Of a stretch of DNA of 64,000 bases, positions 1-11,301 are shown in pieces. Within the stretch, counting starts at the first letter, position 1. Each line of letters starts with the position of its first letter. The stretch comes from Epithemia pelagica. Taxonomy: Eukaryota; Protista; Bacillariophyta. The DNA lies in NCBI GenBank assembly GCA_946965045.2, contig OX337232.1, positions 2,480,001-2,544,000 of the forward strand. The letters run 5' to 3'. Under the pieces are notes generated by a model. That model did not search any database. It was not told where the DNA came from and worked only from the letters and a program-made list of their open reading frames with translations. The translations under genes and the position numbers were made by a program.

Positions 1-190
1 GTTCCGTACCATTGGAAGTCCTGTTCGTTATCAGGGATTGCCGTTGTGAACCTTGTTACCAAGTTAAGGAAGGATTGGAAGATGGTGGTGGAGGACGCAG
101 CAATTTGGATTACTGGAACGGTCGCTTGAGTGCCATCGACAGTCATGGTGCCGTCGCGAAAGCCGATGTTGTCTTTAAAGACGTAGAAGT

Positions 191-239
<49 letters not shown>

Positions 240-780
240 GGGGGGGGGGGGGCAAGTCTAGTAGATGAAGTAGGCCGCGTCTGTTTTTGATGGCTAGGGC
301 TGGAATTCCTCCAACTACTCCCATGGCCCTGGCATTGGGGTTGTTGCATGCTGGAATGTAAAGCACTAGTTGGTGTGCTCGTGGGTCAGTTGTAGGACTT
401 TGGTGGTTGGTGTTGGAGGCGGATGTTGGTTTTGGGCGGAGGACGATTTGGTCTCCGTGGGCGTCCTCGACAAAGTCGTCGCTGTGATGTTGGTGCCAGC
501 GCTGCAAGACAAAGCGGATGGCTTGGTCTTGGAAGAGCTCGATGTCAAATTATTCATTGGTTAGCGCAGGTTTGAGCGCGAGATGGTAGATACTGCGAAA
601 ATGGCCGGTCCTGTTGGCTGGCTTTTTCGTTTCGATGAATTCAATGCGATGGATGGCTATGGCGAGGGGATTCTCGCCTTGTCGATGCTGGTGATGTTGA
701 AGCGTTGCTTCCAACATGTCTTTCAAGAGCTTGCCGGTGACAGGGGCATGACGATGTTCCTCGTTCTTGGACTCGTGGTG
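1..780 (-). pseudogene. Degenerate coding relic of unknown identity (possibly a retroelement ORF1); runs off the window start
   Basis: One minus-strand frame reads HHESKNEE...ALTNE*FDIELFQDQAIRFVLQRW...RRGLLHLLD/FYVFKDNIGF...DFQWYG, with one TAA (550-552) and a 67-bp insertion whose removal restores the frame. Family not identified. Confidence 0.45.
192..253. repeat. (GA)n + poly-G microsatellite flanked by 5-bp direct repeats AAGTC
   Basis: AAGTC at 187-191 and 254-258 bracket a pure GA-repeat/G-run tract. Confidence 0.9.
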
Positions 781-959
781 GAAATACTACTATAGCTCCT
801 CGGAATGGAAGTAGGATTTTCGTCTAATATAGCCTTATATTGCCCACGACGGCCGCGCTCTCATACGCGAGCAAGTGCGGAGCAAAAAAGGGTAGTGCGG
901 AGCAAAAAAAACAGTCCTGGGAAAATTGTGTGACACTTAATTAGGGGGGGACTCGGAGG

Positions 960-1655
960 TTATAGAAGCAAGCGACATCCCCTCCTGGTCGTGGGGGCAC
1001 TTGTCGGGGCTATTGACTCCTCGGCGGGCAATAGCTCCTCGTCGTGGACCGCCAAATTCGCTGACGCGGATTTAGAAGGCGGTCCACTTCTCGGAGCTAT
1101 TGCCCTTCTCGAAGTCAATAGCCCCTCCTCGTGCCTCCCCACTCCGCGGAGCCGATGTAGATATACGCATGCACATGGAACGGCGGGTTCGGGGTCGTGC
1201 TTCTGTGGCATATAGGAGTAGGGGTTGACTGGTGCCGGTGGCGGTGATTCCGGTTGTCGCTGCGTTGGGGCTGTTGGCTGCGTTGGTGGAATCGTTGGGG
1301 GTGTTGTGTCGTCGGTCTTGCTGTCTTGGGGTCGTTTTTTAGCCGAACGACGTTTCGAACTGCTGCGAGGCATGGTGTGTTTGTTGGTTATAGCGTCAGG
1401 AGAGGTGGACAATTTGGACTGGATTGTTTTTTGTGGGCAGAAAAACAAAGGAAAAACTGGTTGATTGTTGGTCGAAAGATGAATGGGAGGGTTGATGTCA
1501 GAGGGTTCGGTTCGGGTTGAATAGTGTGGAGGAAGCGAAGAGTGGGGAATGGGCTCCCCATTGCGTGCGTCGTTGCGCGGTGGTATCGTGGCCGTGCTGA
1601 TTCGGCCGAAAGGCCACGGTGGCGCTGCCCTGAAACTTGGCACAGGGGAAGCCAT
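960..1655 (-). other. Pro/Thr/Lys-rich ORF, possibly the 5' part of the relic at 1-780
   Basis: MPRSSSKRRSAKKRPQDSKTDDTTPP-type basic low-complexity segment on the same strand; no recognisable domain. Confidence 0.25.
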
Positions 1656-1985
1656 GGTGGCGACAAGGGCAAATGGACAGGTGGAAGGTGTGTAAAGGCC
1701 GGTGGTTCGTAGATAGTATCCTTATGGTCAATTGAACGGGTTCTTGTTTTTTTTTCGGTTCGGCACTTTTTGCTAGCTGGAAGATTCATGGGGTTAGGGT
1801 TAGGAAAAGGGTGAGTATACTCGTAAGAGTGTTGTATGAAGTATTGGTCATTATTGCCCTTTTCCCCAGGTTGAAGAAAACTTGTCTGATAACCTGTTGG
1901 GAGAATTATTCGCTTGTGTCATTTCGAATTTTACGAGTGCGCGGTAGAGAAAGATATTTTTTTTCTGCAAGACAATGGTGACATT

Positions 1986-4589
1986 ATGGTATCCACAGAA
2001 CCAACGGTAACAACTGCGTTGTTCTTTCTCCTCTATTGTTGCTTCTTCCATTGCCAGATTGTGTACTGCAAGGAGGAATGCAGTCTCTGTCGTGATGGAA
2101 GTGATATTCCACTCGATGTAGTTAATGCATCGATCCAGTTGCCTGGATTTGAGACATTGTGAGCACCTGTGGTGAGTTACAAGAGGTTGCTTCGAACAGC
2201 TCCAGTGGTGATTTCCTTTGTACGTCCATTCAATCTATTTCAACGTTGTGTGGCTGCTCGGTCCCTCCCAACGCATGTACACTTTGCCCAGATGGAAGTC
2301 TGGTACCAAATGAGTTCATGGCAACCACCTTGACGGGTAGTGAGGTCGTTCAAGTATTGCCCAATCCATTTCTTCCACGGCAATGTGGCATATTACGAGC
2401 CACGTTACATGCAACAACGAGCAACAGTCAAGCATGTTCTCAAGGCCGTGCGCTTTCACAGCAATGTGGATGTCCAACCGGAAACTCCCACGGCAACGAA
2501 TTGGATCGATCCCCTCGAGACGAGTCACCCGCCATGCAATGTAGTCTTTGTCGCCATGGGGGGTCTATGATTTAACCTGACAAAAATCTTGCGCCCTTCC
2601 TGGCGAGAAACTCGAAATTATTCCGAGATTACCTGCCGACTGGTATCGATGTTCTTGGTGCAATAAGTTGTCAGACGGCTGAAGCACTAATGGTTTCTAC
2701 CTTCTCGGATGAATCAGACGAGTGTCAACTAGCACAGTCACTCTTCGACGGTATTTGCGGCTGTCCGCCTGTAAAAGAAACGGGGTACTGTACTTTCTGT
2801 CCGAATGATGAATATATTCCTGATACCGAAAGAGTCCTCAAGTTCCTGGATTCCCGAGAAGGAGGTCCCTTGCTGACCTGTTCAGAAATGAACTGGACTC
2901 TTACACAAGTAGATCATGGTTCAAACCATTGCTTCCTTTCAAGGAGTTACGGCTTTCTATGTGGCTGCGACGACGGCGAACGATACTATTTCGGAGCGGA
3001 CATTGAATTGAAACGTGCCTTTATCGCATGGATTCCTCGTGTCACTGGATTTTTCAGTATGGTTGGCTCGCTTTGGATTATTTTCACTGTCATGCGAGAT
3101 CGTTCCAAGCGAAACCTGATGTACAATCAACTCATGTTGAACATTAGCTTGTTTGATTGCATCAGCAGTGCGGGTTGGATCTTGAGTACAGCACCGATAC
3201 CAGAATACGAGAACGGAGAACCAACGGGAATTTATGGGGCCATTGGGAATACGGGTACATGCTCCGCACAAGGGTTCATCGTTCAATTTGGTATGATTGG
3301 TTCTGTTACAGTGAGCGCTCTGTTGAGCCTTTATTTTCTTCTGATTATTGTCAAGAGCTACCGCGAGTGGCACTTCAAAGGAATTCGAAAGTGGTTTCAT
3401 GTAACACCATTTGTATTGGCGTTGAGCTGGGCCTTGGCAGGGTTACCCTACTACGACTATGTCTTTCTCCTTTGTCACGTGACTCCCTATCCTGTGGCCG
3501 ACAGTCATGCCCAGTCCATTGTTTTTATCTTAATACCTATCGCATTGTCTTGGCTGGTTTGTTGTTTCAACATGATTTGGATCTATTGGAAGGTCCGTAA
3601 ACAAAGCGTTGCTGCGGAACGTTGGCGAATGATGGGGAGGGGACGAACGCATCTTAGTCATCATCAATCGCAAGACCGTCAATCTTCCGGTACAACAGCA
3701 CAACCTTCCAATTCCTTGTCGCATGCGACCACCGTGGATGAAACCGCCACTCAAACATCCAAAACCTCCTCTAGCATATGCACTTTCTTCTCCTGGCCCT
3801 GTCGATGACATTTGAAGAGTCAGACTACTGGAATCGAGAGGAACGCTATTGCGAGAAGAGGAGCGGCATCCTCCTTGGAACGTGCTGTCATGTGGCAAGC
3901 AACCTTCTATCTTGCCACCTTCTTTTCGACGTGGCCGTTTTATTTTGCTATTACATTGAAACCAACGAATGAAAATTACGGTTTTTGGGTAAGTTCCAGT
4001 TTCACCACCTCTATTGACGTATTTGTCTGGTCTTTCTAATACTCTCCACGATATATCTCAGGTCCTGGTTGTTGTATTCACGCCTCTTCAAGGATTCTTA
4101 AATTTTATTATATACATGCGTCCTCGCTGGGGACAAGCACTGCTCCAACGAAGACAGCGACGTCAACGAGAGTCCAAATCCATGGAAAGTGGAGCGAGTC
4201 AAGCGATGGTGACGTCCAATGTCGATTCGACGACCAAGGGTAGCACTCCTTTTGTCGTTGCTCCGCCTGACGAGAATGGAATGGTAGTAGATTCCGCGCC
4301 TTCTCCGACGCACGAGCAAGTTGATTTGATGGACGAATATGACACGAAACCACCCGAGGCAGCACCGGTCGTTGTCGGAACGCCTCGATCCAACGTCGTC
4401 TCATGGGAGGATGAAGTGGAAGAAGATAGTGAGGAGGGACAGCCGGAACAACAATCGGTTTCCGAAAATGAAGACAACGCTAGGGAAACAAAATATATGG
4501 ACCACGACTTGCCAAACGCTGTTATGGAAGAAAGGCGCAATTCACAAGTCGATGGGAATTTAACGAGTGGTGAACTATGCGAAATTTGA
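1986..4589 (+). pseudogene. 7TM GPCR-like receptor (cAMP-receptor/Git3-like diatom type) with Cys-rich ectodomain repeats, disrupted
   Basis: Signal peptide, repeated CSLC/CTLC/CTFC..CGC modules, TM helices and a PLQGFLNFIIYMRPR TM7 motif; phase-0 intron 3989-4061. Frameshift near 2158, in-frame TAA 2573-2575 and TGA 3806-3808, with the frame continuing past both stops. Confidence 0.8.
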
Positions 4590-4599
4590 AATGTCTTTT

Positions 4600-5466
4600 T
4601 TCTGTAGGTCGAGGCACAGGGGTGGGGTACGGATTGTCACCACTTTTTGCGGTCGTCCATGACAAGGTTACAAAGATTAAGACACAACGATCGGTATCAC
4701 AGAACTTGGTGGTTGTGTTGAGGTTCGCATCAGAACATCGAGGAATGGATCTTGTTGAGAGAGACATGGTTTTTTGTCATCACTGCAAGGACGACGCGGT
4801 GCTGTTTGAGGAGTCCCGTCAGTTTACAGCAAAGATTTCCAAGTATATTCTATTCTTGGAATCGACGGCACTCAGCACTCAGCATCCAGCACAGCCGCTA
4901 TTGCAGTCCGATCGAAGTGCTATCCTTGGTCATTTGGTCATCAAGGGTACCTAGAGGATCGATGATCCATTAACATACTCGTTATGTCCGCTAGGAAACT
5001 ACCTAGGAGAATCATTTGGTGTTGTGATGGGACCATTGCTAGGTTCATGTGTACTCCTGCGAGAAGGATGGCCGGCGACTGACGCATTTCAATGTTTTGC
5101 ATGCGTGGGCGGGACAAAAACTTTAGAGAGTGTCTGCTCTACATCTACAGCCGGCGCACCAATGACACGACATGACACGTGTGACAGCAATGATGACATC
5201 CATGTGAGATTTGAAAAGGTGTGGATGCGACAAACCCGCCAACACAACGTGGTGTCGAAGCAGGAAGAAGGCATTCTTTTTTGGCGTCTCGTAGACCCAT
5301 TCAGTGTTGCATACCTTGTCTTGGAAGGCCGTCCAGCAAGAACCAAAGGACTCTCTGTCAAATCGTTTCGACTCTTTTGTCGAGTGTCAAGTACGTGAAG
5401 CATCTCGTCTCGAAGCTGGTTGCCAAAATGATCAACCAACCAGGTCGAATCTGACTCTGTTGCCAT
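4600..5466 (-). pseudogene. Possible decayed multi-exon gene
   Basis: ATG ORF 5466-5089 has a GTATGC donor and protein-like composition; downstream frames are protein-like but carry several stops. Identity uncertain. Confidence 0.25.
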
Positions 5467-5542
5467 TTTCTTGTTCGACCCCTCATTTTTCTTTTCTCTT
5501 TGAAGGTTTGTGAAAGTGACGCTCTTTACAAGCTATTCTCTC

Positions 5543-8500
5543 ATGGCTTCCGTCTTGGTGGAAAAAGCTGCAAATGTCATGGCTTCGTTCTCCGCCTCTT
5601 CGGAGAGTGCGGTGACTGTTGGAAATGCTTCTTCGGCTTCTGCGACGTGGTCTCGCATGGTAGTGGAAGGTTTGGAAGGACTCATGCAACAACAACAAGA
5701 GTGGACAATGGCAGGCATATGGGATTCTATTCACGATTGTATCATGTTTGTTTTGGTTGACTTTCCAATGCAGGTTTGGAATGCCGTACCCCGTGATGCG
5801 GTCGTTCCCCTGTTGGTGATTGTGATTGTGTTTTGGCCCCTGTTGGTGTCCTTATTGTACGCCTTCATGACTGCATCTACCTGGATGATTTGGCTCTTGA
5901 CTAGTTTGATTTTGGGCATTTTGCAAGTCTTGTATGTCAGCTATCAATTTGTCATGATCACCTTGGATTTGTGCGGCTTGTCCCTGTTCAAATCCTACAG
6001 TACGGCCCGTAATTTAGTCTTGACCCATGTTTTGGCCATTAAGAAAAAGTCGAGGCGGCGATTGTGGCAGGAAAAACTAAAAAATGCTGGTTCCTATGAG
6101 AATTTTCTCAAAATTCGAATCGAACCCAAAGAAATGGCGACACTGGAAGAGACTGCCAATGGGTCGTCGCACAACAGAGGAGGGTCTACGTCCTTTTTTG
6201 GTAGACGAAGTGAGGCCCACGCCAACTCGTCCATGGCTCAAAGTGAGGTGCTCAAGCGTGATCCAGCTCTTCCTCCGTTGAGACCGGTTCCTACTCGATC
6301 CAACTCGTTTGATGGCAAACGATTGACCAATCGACGTACCGATGCAGCGTCGACCGATACAGGATCTTCATCTACTCTTTCGTCTACCACAGCCAGCACC
6401 AACGTTCCTCGTGTACGATCGTCCGGACATATATCCAACATGCTGTTTCGTCATCAGCCTCTCTTTTCGACATCGCTGGAAGACTTTATGGAATCGGAAA
6501 CCCAAGAACCAGCGAATGTGGAAGAGAAGAAGAATGACAACAGTCTGGTGGATCCAATTGTGTCGGAGGAGTTGGGAGAACGCGCCGCGTATTTGCTAGT
6601 GACAACAACGGAACGGCTGTCGGACGCACGTCGACAAGCAGAACGTTGTGCCAACAACGGTTCGCGAGAAGACGAAGAAGAAGCGTGGAATCGTCTCAAA
6701 TATTTACTCTCGGCTGTCGTAAAGCGAAATCACTTGCATTTGGACAATGTATTGTTGGAAAATGCCCGCACCGTCTCCTTTGCGGGACGGTATGGATTGA
6801 CGAGTCAGTCGAGACAAATTATTCGTGCCTTTTACGAGCAAGTGCAAAAAGGACTTGATTTGCTGGCCGATGGACCGGCGCTGCAATGCAGTAGCAATCA
6901 GAGCAACAGTTCCGCCAAAGATGCTCAACAATCACAGCTTCACCCGTCGCTTCTTCCAAAGAGTACTCATGATGCGGAGACTTCGTACAATGACGGTACC
7001 GCGTCTCCGCGGTCTTCTACATCATCCATATCCTTGCAACAAGAACACCAAAATGAAGAATTATCCGATCGTTTACGCGTGTTGCGGAAAATGAAACAGA
7101 ACATGGGTCGTACAGCCCTCATGTTATCCGGAGGCGGTGCGCAAGCCATGTATCATATTGGGATTATCCGGGCCCTGATTCAGTCGAAATTGTATTCCGA
7201 TATATCCGTCATTTCTGGAACATCGGGAGGCTCCATCATTGCTGCCATGTGTGCGCTCAAAACTCCCGAGGAACTGTTTACCCAAGTCTGTGTCAATACG
7301 GTAAGCACTGATTTTACCATGGATGGTGAACAGAAACGAAAAAACATTCGATGGTTCCCTAGTCCCATGGAAATGGCCTCGTACTGGTTCAAACACAAGT
7401 ACTTGGTGAGCAGTGAAGAGTTTCGACGAACCTGCCACTTTTACTATGGCACTACAACCTTTGAAGAAGCCTTTGACCGGACAGGCAAGAATGTTTGTAT
7501 CACTGTATCGGCCAGTCGTACCAGTGGCGATTCCGCGTCGCAACGACTCTTACTCAATCATATTTCGACACCTCGAGTTACCTTGGCCAGTGCAGTGGCC
7601 GCATCGTGTGCGTTGCCTGGCGTCATGGCACCGGCCAAACTATTGACAAAAAATTCAATGGGAGAATTGGAACCCTTTGAAGTCGACGGCGTGGAATGGA
7701 TTGATGGATCCGTCCAAGCCGATTTACCCTTTCAAAGAATTGCCACCCTCTTTGCCGTTTCCAACTTTATTGTGTCTCAAACCAACTTCCATATTGTCCC
7801 ATTACTCAACAAAGACCATCACCCCAATCAGAACTCTCTTTATTGGAGACTCTTCCAAACAATGGAATGGGATATTCGCAGTAGAGCGCTGAAGCTTAGT
7901 CGGCTAGGCCTTTTCCCGAGGATTTTTGGACAAGATATTTCAAAAGTCTTCAAGCAAAAGTATCATGGCAACTTGACTATTGTACCACGGTTTACCACGA
8001 TGCAGACATTTGGCTTGCATGCATTGTCAAATCCCACAGTGGAGGATATGAAGAACTACATCAAATACGGAGAAATTGCAACATGGCCCTATCTTAACGC
8101 CATTCGAGACATGATCCGTCTGGAAAAGGTGATTGACGACTGTTTGAATCGACTGGAACAACGACTGGGCACGTTGAATCCAGAATGGTACGATGACATT
8201 GAATCAATCACCAGTAGCAACTATCATCACTCTTCCTCGCTCCGTTGCACTGTTTCCACGACGCCACATCATGCGGCAGGCGGTACCACCATTTTGTCAC
8301 TCCCTTCCTCGAATTCGGCTTCGCAACGAGTGGTAAAGTACGGGCGAACAAGTACCAACGTTAGTTTGAATTCCAATAGTCGCAATGGAGGAGACGAAAA
8401 GATTCGTCGCAAGGCCAAGAAACTGGAAGAAGAGAACAAGGCCCTCAAAGAGAAATTGCAGCAACTTCAGCAATTGCTGCATGGATCAGGAATTGAAATG

Positions 8501-8548
8501 GATAAAGAAAGAGACAACGGGAATGGGGCTGCCGTGACGCAATCGTAA
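5543..8548 (+). CDS. Patatin-like triacylglycerol lipase (SDP1/TGL4-like) with N-terminal TM helices
   Basis: LSGGGAQAMYHIG oxyanion motif, GTSGGS (GxSxG) nucleophile, WIDGS catalytic Asp, hydrophobic N-terminal segments. First ATG is 5543. Confidence 0.92.
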   Translation: MASVLVEKAANVMASFSASSESAVTVGNASSASATWSRMVVEGLEGLMQQQQEWTMAGIWDSIHDCIMFVLVDFPMQVWNAVPRDAVVPLLVIVIVFWPLLVSLLYAFMTASTWMIWLLTSLILGILQVLYVSYQFVMITLDLCGLSLFKSYSTARNLVLTHVLAIKKKSRRRLWQEKLKNAGSYENFLKIRIEPKEMATLEETANGSSHNRGGSTSFFGRRSEAHANSSMAQSEVLKRDPALPPLRPVPTRSNSFDGKRLTNRRTDAASTDTGSSSTLSSTTASTNVPRVRSSGHISNMLFRHQPLFSTSLEDFMESETQEPANVEEKKNDNSLVDPIVSEELGERAAYLLVTTTERLSDARRQAERCANNGSREDEEEAWNRLKYLLSAVVKRNHLHLDNVLLENARTVSFAGRYGLTSQSRQIIRAFYEQVQKGLDLLADGPALQCSSNQSNSSAKDAQQSQLHPSLLPKSTHDAETSYNDGTASPRSSTSSISLQQEHQNEELSDRLRVLRKMKQNMGRTALMLSGGGAQAMYHIGIIRALIQSKLYSDISVISGTSGGSIIAAMCALKTPEELFTQVCVNTVSTDFTMDGEQKRKNIRWFPSPMEMASYWFKHKYLVSSEEFRRTCHFYYGTTTFEEAFDRTGKNVCITVSASRTSGDSASQRLLLNHISTPRVTLASAVAASCALPGVMAPAKLLTKNSMGELEPFEVDGVEWIDGSVQADLPFQRIATLFAVSNFIVSQTNFHIVPLLNKDHHPNQNSLYWRLFQTMEWDIRSRALKLSRLGLFPRIFGQDISKVFKQKYHGNLTIVPRFTTMQTFGLHALSNPTVEDMKNYIKYGEIATWPYLNAIRDMIRLEKVIDDCLNRLEQRLGTLNPEWYDDIESITSSNYHHSSSLRCTVSTTPHHAAGGTTILSLPSSNSASQRVVKYGRTSTNVSLNSNSRNGGDEKIRRKAKKLEEENKALKEKLQQLQQLLHGSGIEMDKERDNGNGAAVTQS

Positions 8549-9074
8549 AGATCAGGGTGGCCTCTTGTGAGAAATAATTCTCTGCACGATTGAAAGTACA
8601 TAGAAATGACGTCAATTTCTCCCCCTCTTTGCTCTGTGGCAATCATTGTATTTGCTGATATTTGATGTTGAAGTAGAGGTAACAAAAGTTTCGCTGTATA
8701 TCATTATAAGATTGACCTTCGTGTGACAAAGCACTTCACATTAATGAATTCATTTTTTAATCAAGGAACGAAAGTTTAGAAACATGCCTCACAGCTTCCA
8801 TTCTTCATTGAAATTGAACAATCCGGGCATGTGATTCGCCTTTCCGATTCTTCAGCGCGCGGATGAATGTCCATGATCACGGTCATTATCCGCCAGGAAG
8901 CCTCTCCCTCAATTCTTGTTTCAGGATCATACATAGCCATCAGAGGTCGAGGTGGACCTTTCGCCCTTGGCTCTGTACCTGCCCGTTGGATCTGCCACGG
9001 AACCGGCACCACCAAAGACTGACCAAAGACTGTTTTCACCAAAAGTCTGGCTTTTCACGAACTACCATGTCGTT

Positions 9075-10856
9075 TCAAGTGAAGTTGCTCGTTTCTTGAT
9101 TGGCGTACTCCTCCTCTTTTTGTTGAACCTTCCATTGTCGCAAGATTTCATACAAGACAATGGGAGCACAGGCAGCGACATTGAGAGAGTTTTTGACACC
9201 ATAGGTAGGAATTTCCACCAACGCATCCATTTCGGATAAGAGAGATGGGGTGACACCCGTGACTTCATTTCCCAATACCAAAGCGACGCCCTGTTTCATG
9301 TTTTTGGTATTATCCGTACTGCCCGACATTGTTAGGTATTGAACAGATGTGTAATCGACACTATGTTGGGTTGTTTCCAAGGCCACAACTTTGTATTGAA
9401 CCGTTGGGTCAAGAGGATATTTTACTCTTTCGGTGTGGACATTGCCTTTTGCTGATTCTTTCTCCTCTCCTTCCAGTGATGTCGACTTGGTGGTGGTTTG
9501 ATTTCTCAAATGGTTCAAGGCTTGTTGGAGGGTGACAAAATGTTGACTGGGAACAATGCGTTCGGCTCCCAAGGCAGATTTACGCAACTTTTCCGCTCCA
9601 TTGCCATGTGGATGTGGCGTAATGCCAATGGTCCATACCGCTTGACAAGCTGTGGCATCAGCCGTACGAAACAAGCTACCCACATTCATGGCCGATCGCA
9701 AATTGTCCAGTATCAAGACAATGGGAAATTTGTTGTTTGTTGTTTGGTCGGTCGTTGCATTCTGATGGGTGGAACTGGACGTGGTGGTTGTGGTAGGGTT
9801 GGCCGGGTCATGATGGCGGATCCATTCTTGTTCATGGGCAGCATGTCGTTTGAGCAAAAAGTTAATCTGTTGAGCAGTTCGATGCGCCATGGCCACCAGT
9901 CGAGGGTCGTTGTCGTCGTCTTGTGGCGATTTGGGCTGAAGAAAGGAACGATAGGCACGAATGGCCGACTTGCCAAATCGTCCATCGTATCCAGACAAGG
10001 GATCTTGTATCGACTGAAGGGCGGCTTGGTCCAATGCTTCCCCACTAATCTCCAACTGTTGCAGCTGGTGCTGTAGCAATTTTTTTCTTCGTGCTTCTTG
10101 TTGTTGCAACGGTCTCTTGTCGATGGATGTGGCATCCTGGCCTCGTTCGATAGGGTCCAGTTCCTCATTCTCAACTCCAGTACGGTTGTGAATGGTTCGA
10201 TGTATCGCTGGAGCTGGTACTGTATGATTCCGTTGATGTTGCGCTTCGTGGACTGACGACGACGAGGATAACGACAAGGCCATCCAATGGTTGGTAGGAC
10301 ACGGCTGTCGTTGTATTGTCCAGGCGTAGCTAGTGTGTGCACCACAATGGATTGTAGAGGGACAGCAAGACCTGGATGGGTGAATGAGTCCCAGTGGACC
10401 GTTGCGAATCAAACTGTGCGAGTGACGTCGCAGTGGCATGCACCACAGTGGACTGTGTAAATCGCGACGGAGAGTTCTTCTGGTGGTGGTGGTGGACATG
10501 CTAGTTGTTTGGGTGGAGGTAAAACAACAAGTCGTCATTTTCTTTGTACTTTGGAATATCGAGCTGCTACAGCCTCGAGCGACAACGGTTTCCATTTTCA
10601 CTCGAGTCAGGAGGAACAGGATCATTGGAAACAGCAACCGGCCGTGGTCGGTGGTCATCCAACGTGGATGTGGTGGTGAATCAGATGATGAGAACCTGTT
10701 TCGTTGCCGCGGCATGGTAGGGCAAAGCGTTCCCTCCTTCCAGGCCACCACTGCAGTCGATCCCTCCTCCTGTTGGATACCACAGAGAGACTCCACACAA
10801 CAAGATCCTGCAAAGGGGGGACAAGGCAAAACTGGCGGACGGGGTGATGTGTGCAA
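9075..10856 (-). CDS. SpoU/TrmH-family tRNA/rRNA 2'-O-methyltransferase (start uncertain)
   Basis: LILDNLRSAMNVGSLFRTAD, LVLGNEVTGV and VEIPTYGVKNSLNVA SPOUT motifs; long low-complexity N-terminus with several candidate Met (e.g. 10283). Confidence 0.92.
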   Translation of the reverse strand: MHTSPRPPVLPCPPFAGSCCVESLCGIQQEEGSTAVVAWKEGTLCPTMPRQRNRFSSSDSPPHPRWMTTDHGRLLFPMILFLLTRVKMETVVARGCSSSIFQSTKKMTTCCFTSTQTTSMSTTTTRRTLRRDLHSPLWCMPLRRHSHSLIRNGPLGLIHPSRSCCPSTIHCGAHTSYAWTIQRQPCPTNHWMALSLSSSSSVHEAQHQRNHTVPAPAIHRTIHNRTGVENEELDPIERGQDATSIDKRPLQQQEARRKKLLQHQLQQLEISGEALDQAALQSIQDPLSGYDGRFGKSAIRAYRSFLQPKSPQDDDNDPRLVAMAHRTAQQINFLLKRHAAHEQEWIRHHDPANPTTTTTSSSTHQNATTDQTTNNKFPIVLILDNLRSAMNVGSLFRTADATACQAVWTIGITPHPHGNGAEKLRKSALGAERIVPSQHFVTLQQALNHLRNQTTTKSTSLEGEEKESAKGNVHTERVKYPLDPTVQYKVVALETTQHSVDYTSVQYLTMSGSTDNTKNMKQGVALVLGNEVTGVTPSLLSEMDALVEIPTYGVKNSLNVAACAPIVLYEILRQWKVQQKEEEYANQETSNFT

Positions 10857-11301
10857 TGGAAAGATCCAACCTTTGGCAGTGGCATGGAGCTTGGCCGTTC
10901 ACTTGGGTGCAGCTTGAGAAGTAATGGCGTGCTGAAACGTACGGAGGACGGACGATGGAAGGACCCCGGAAGTTGGTAGCTATGCGCCATTCGTGCCCAC
11001 TATTTGATTAGACTATCACTCTCCAACAGGGAGCAGCTTCATTTCAATATACTCCTACACTTTAGAGAAACAAGTCCATATCCTCTTTCTTCGGGTGGTC
11101 CATGTCGTTGCGTATGGTAGCGTCTATTGACGAGAATAGCACTGTCCCACACCCAACCGTCATATAGCGAACCTTCCAAGGAGACGAAACGAGGACCGTC
11201 TGGATACCACCCCGGTGTCAGTGGAAGAAATGGAGGACGTTCTCTGTCTGGTTTCTCCATTACAAGTGTCCCTCTTTCGTGTTGTGATCTTGTCCGGCTA
11301 G

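Noticed and set aside
1790-1803. GGGTTAGGGTTAGG telomere-like sequence
   Set aside because: Only about two units; expected by chance and not a telomere or a convincing interstitial array.
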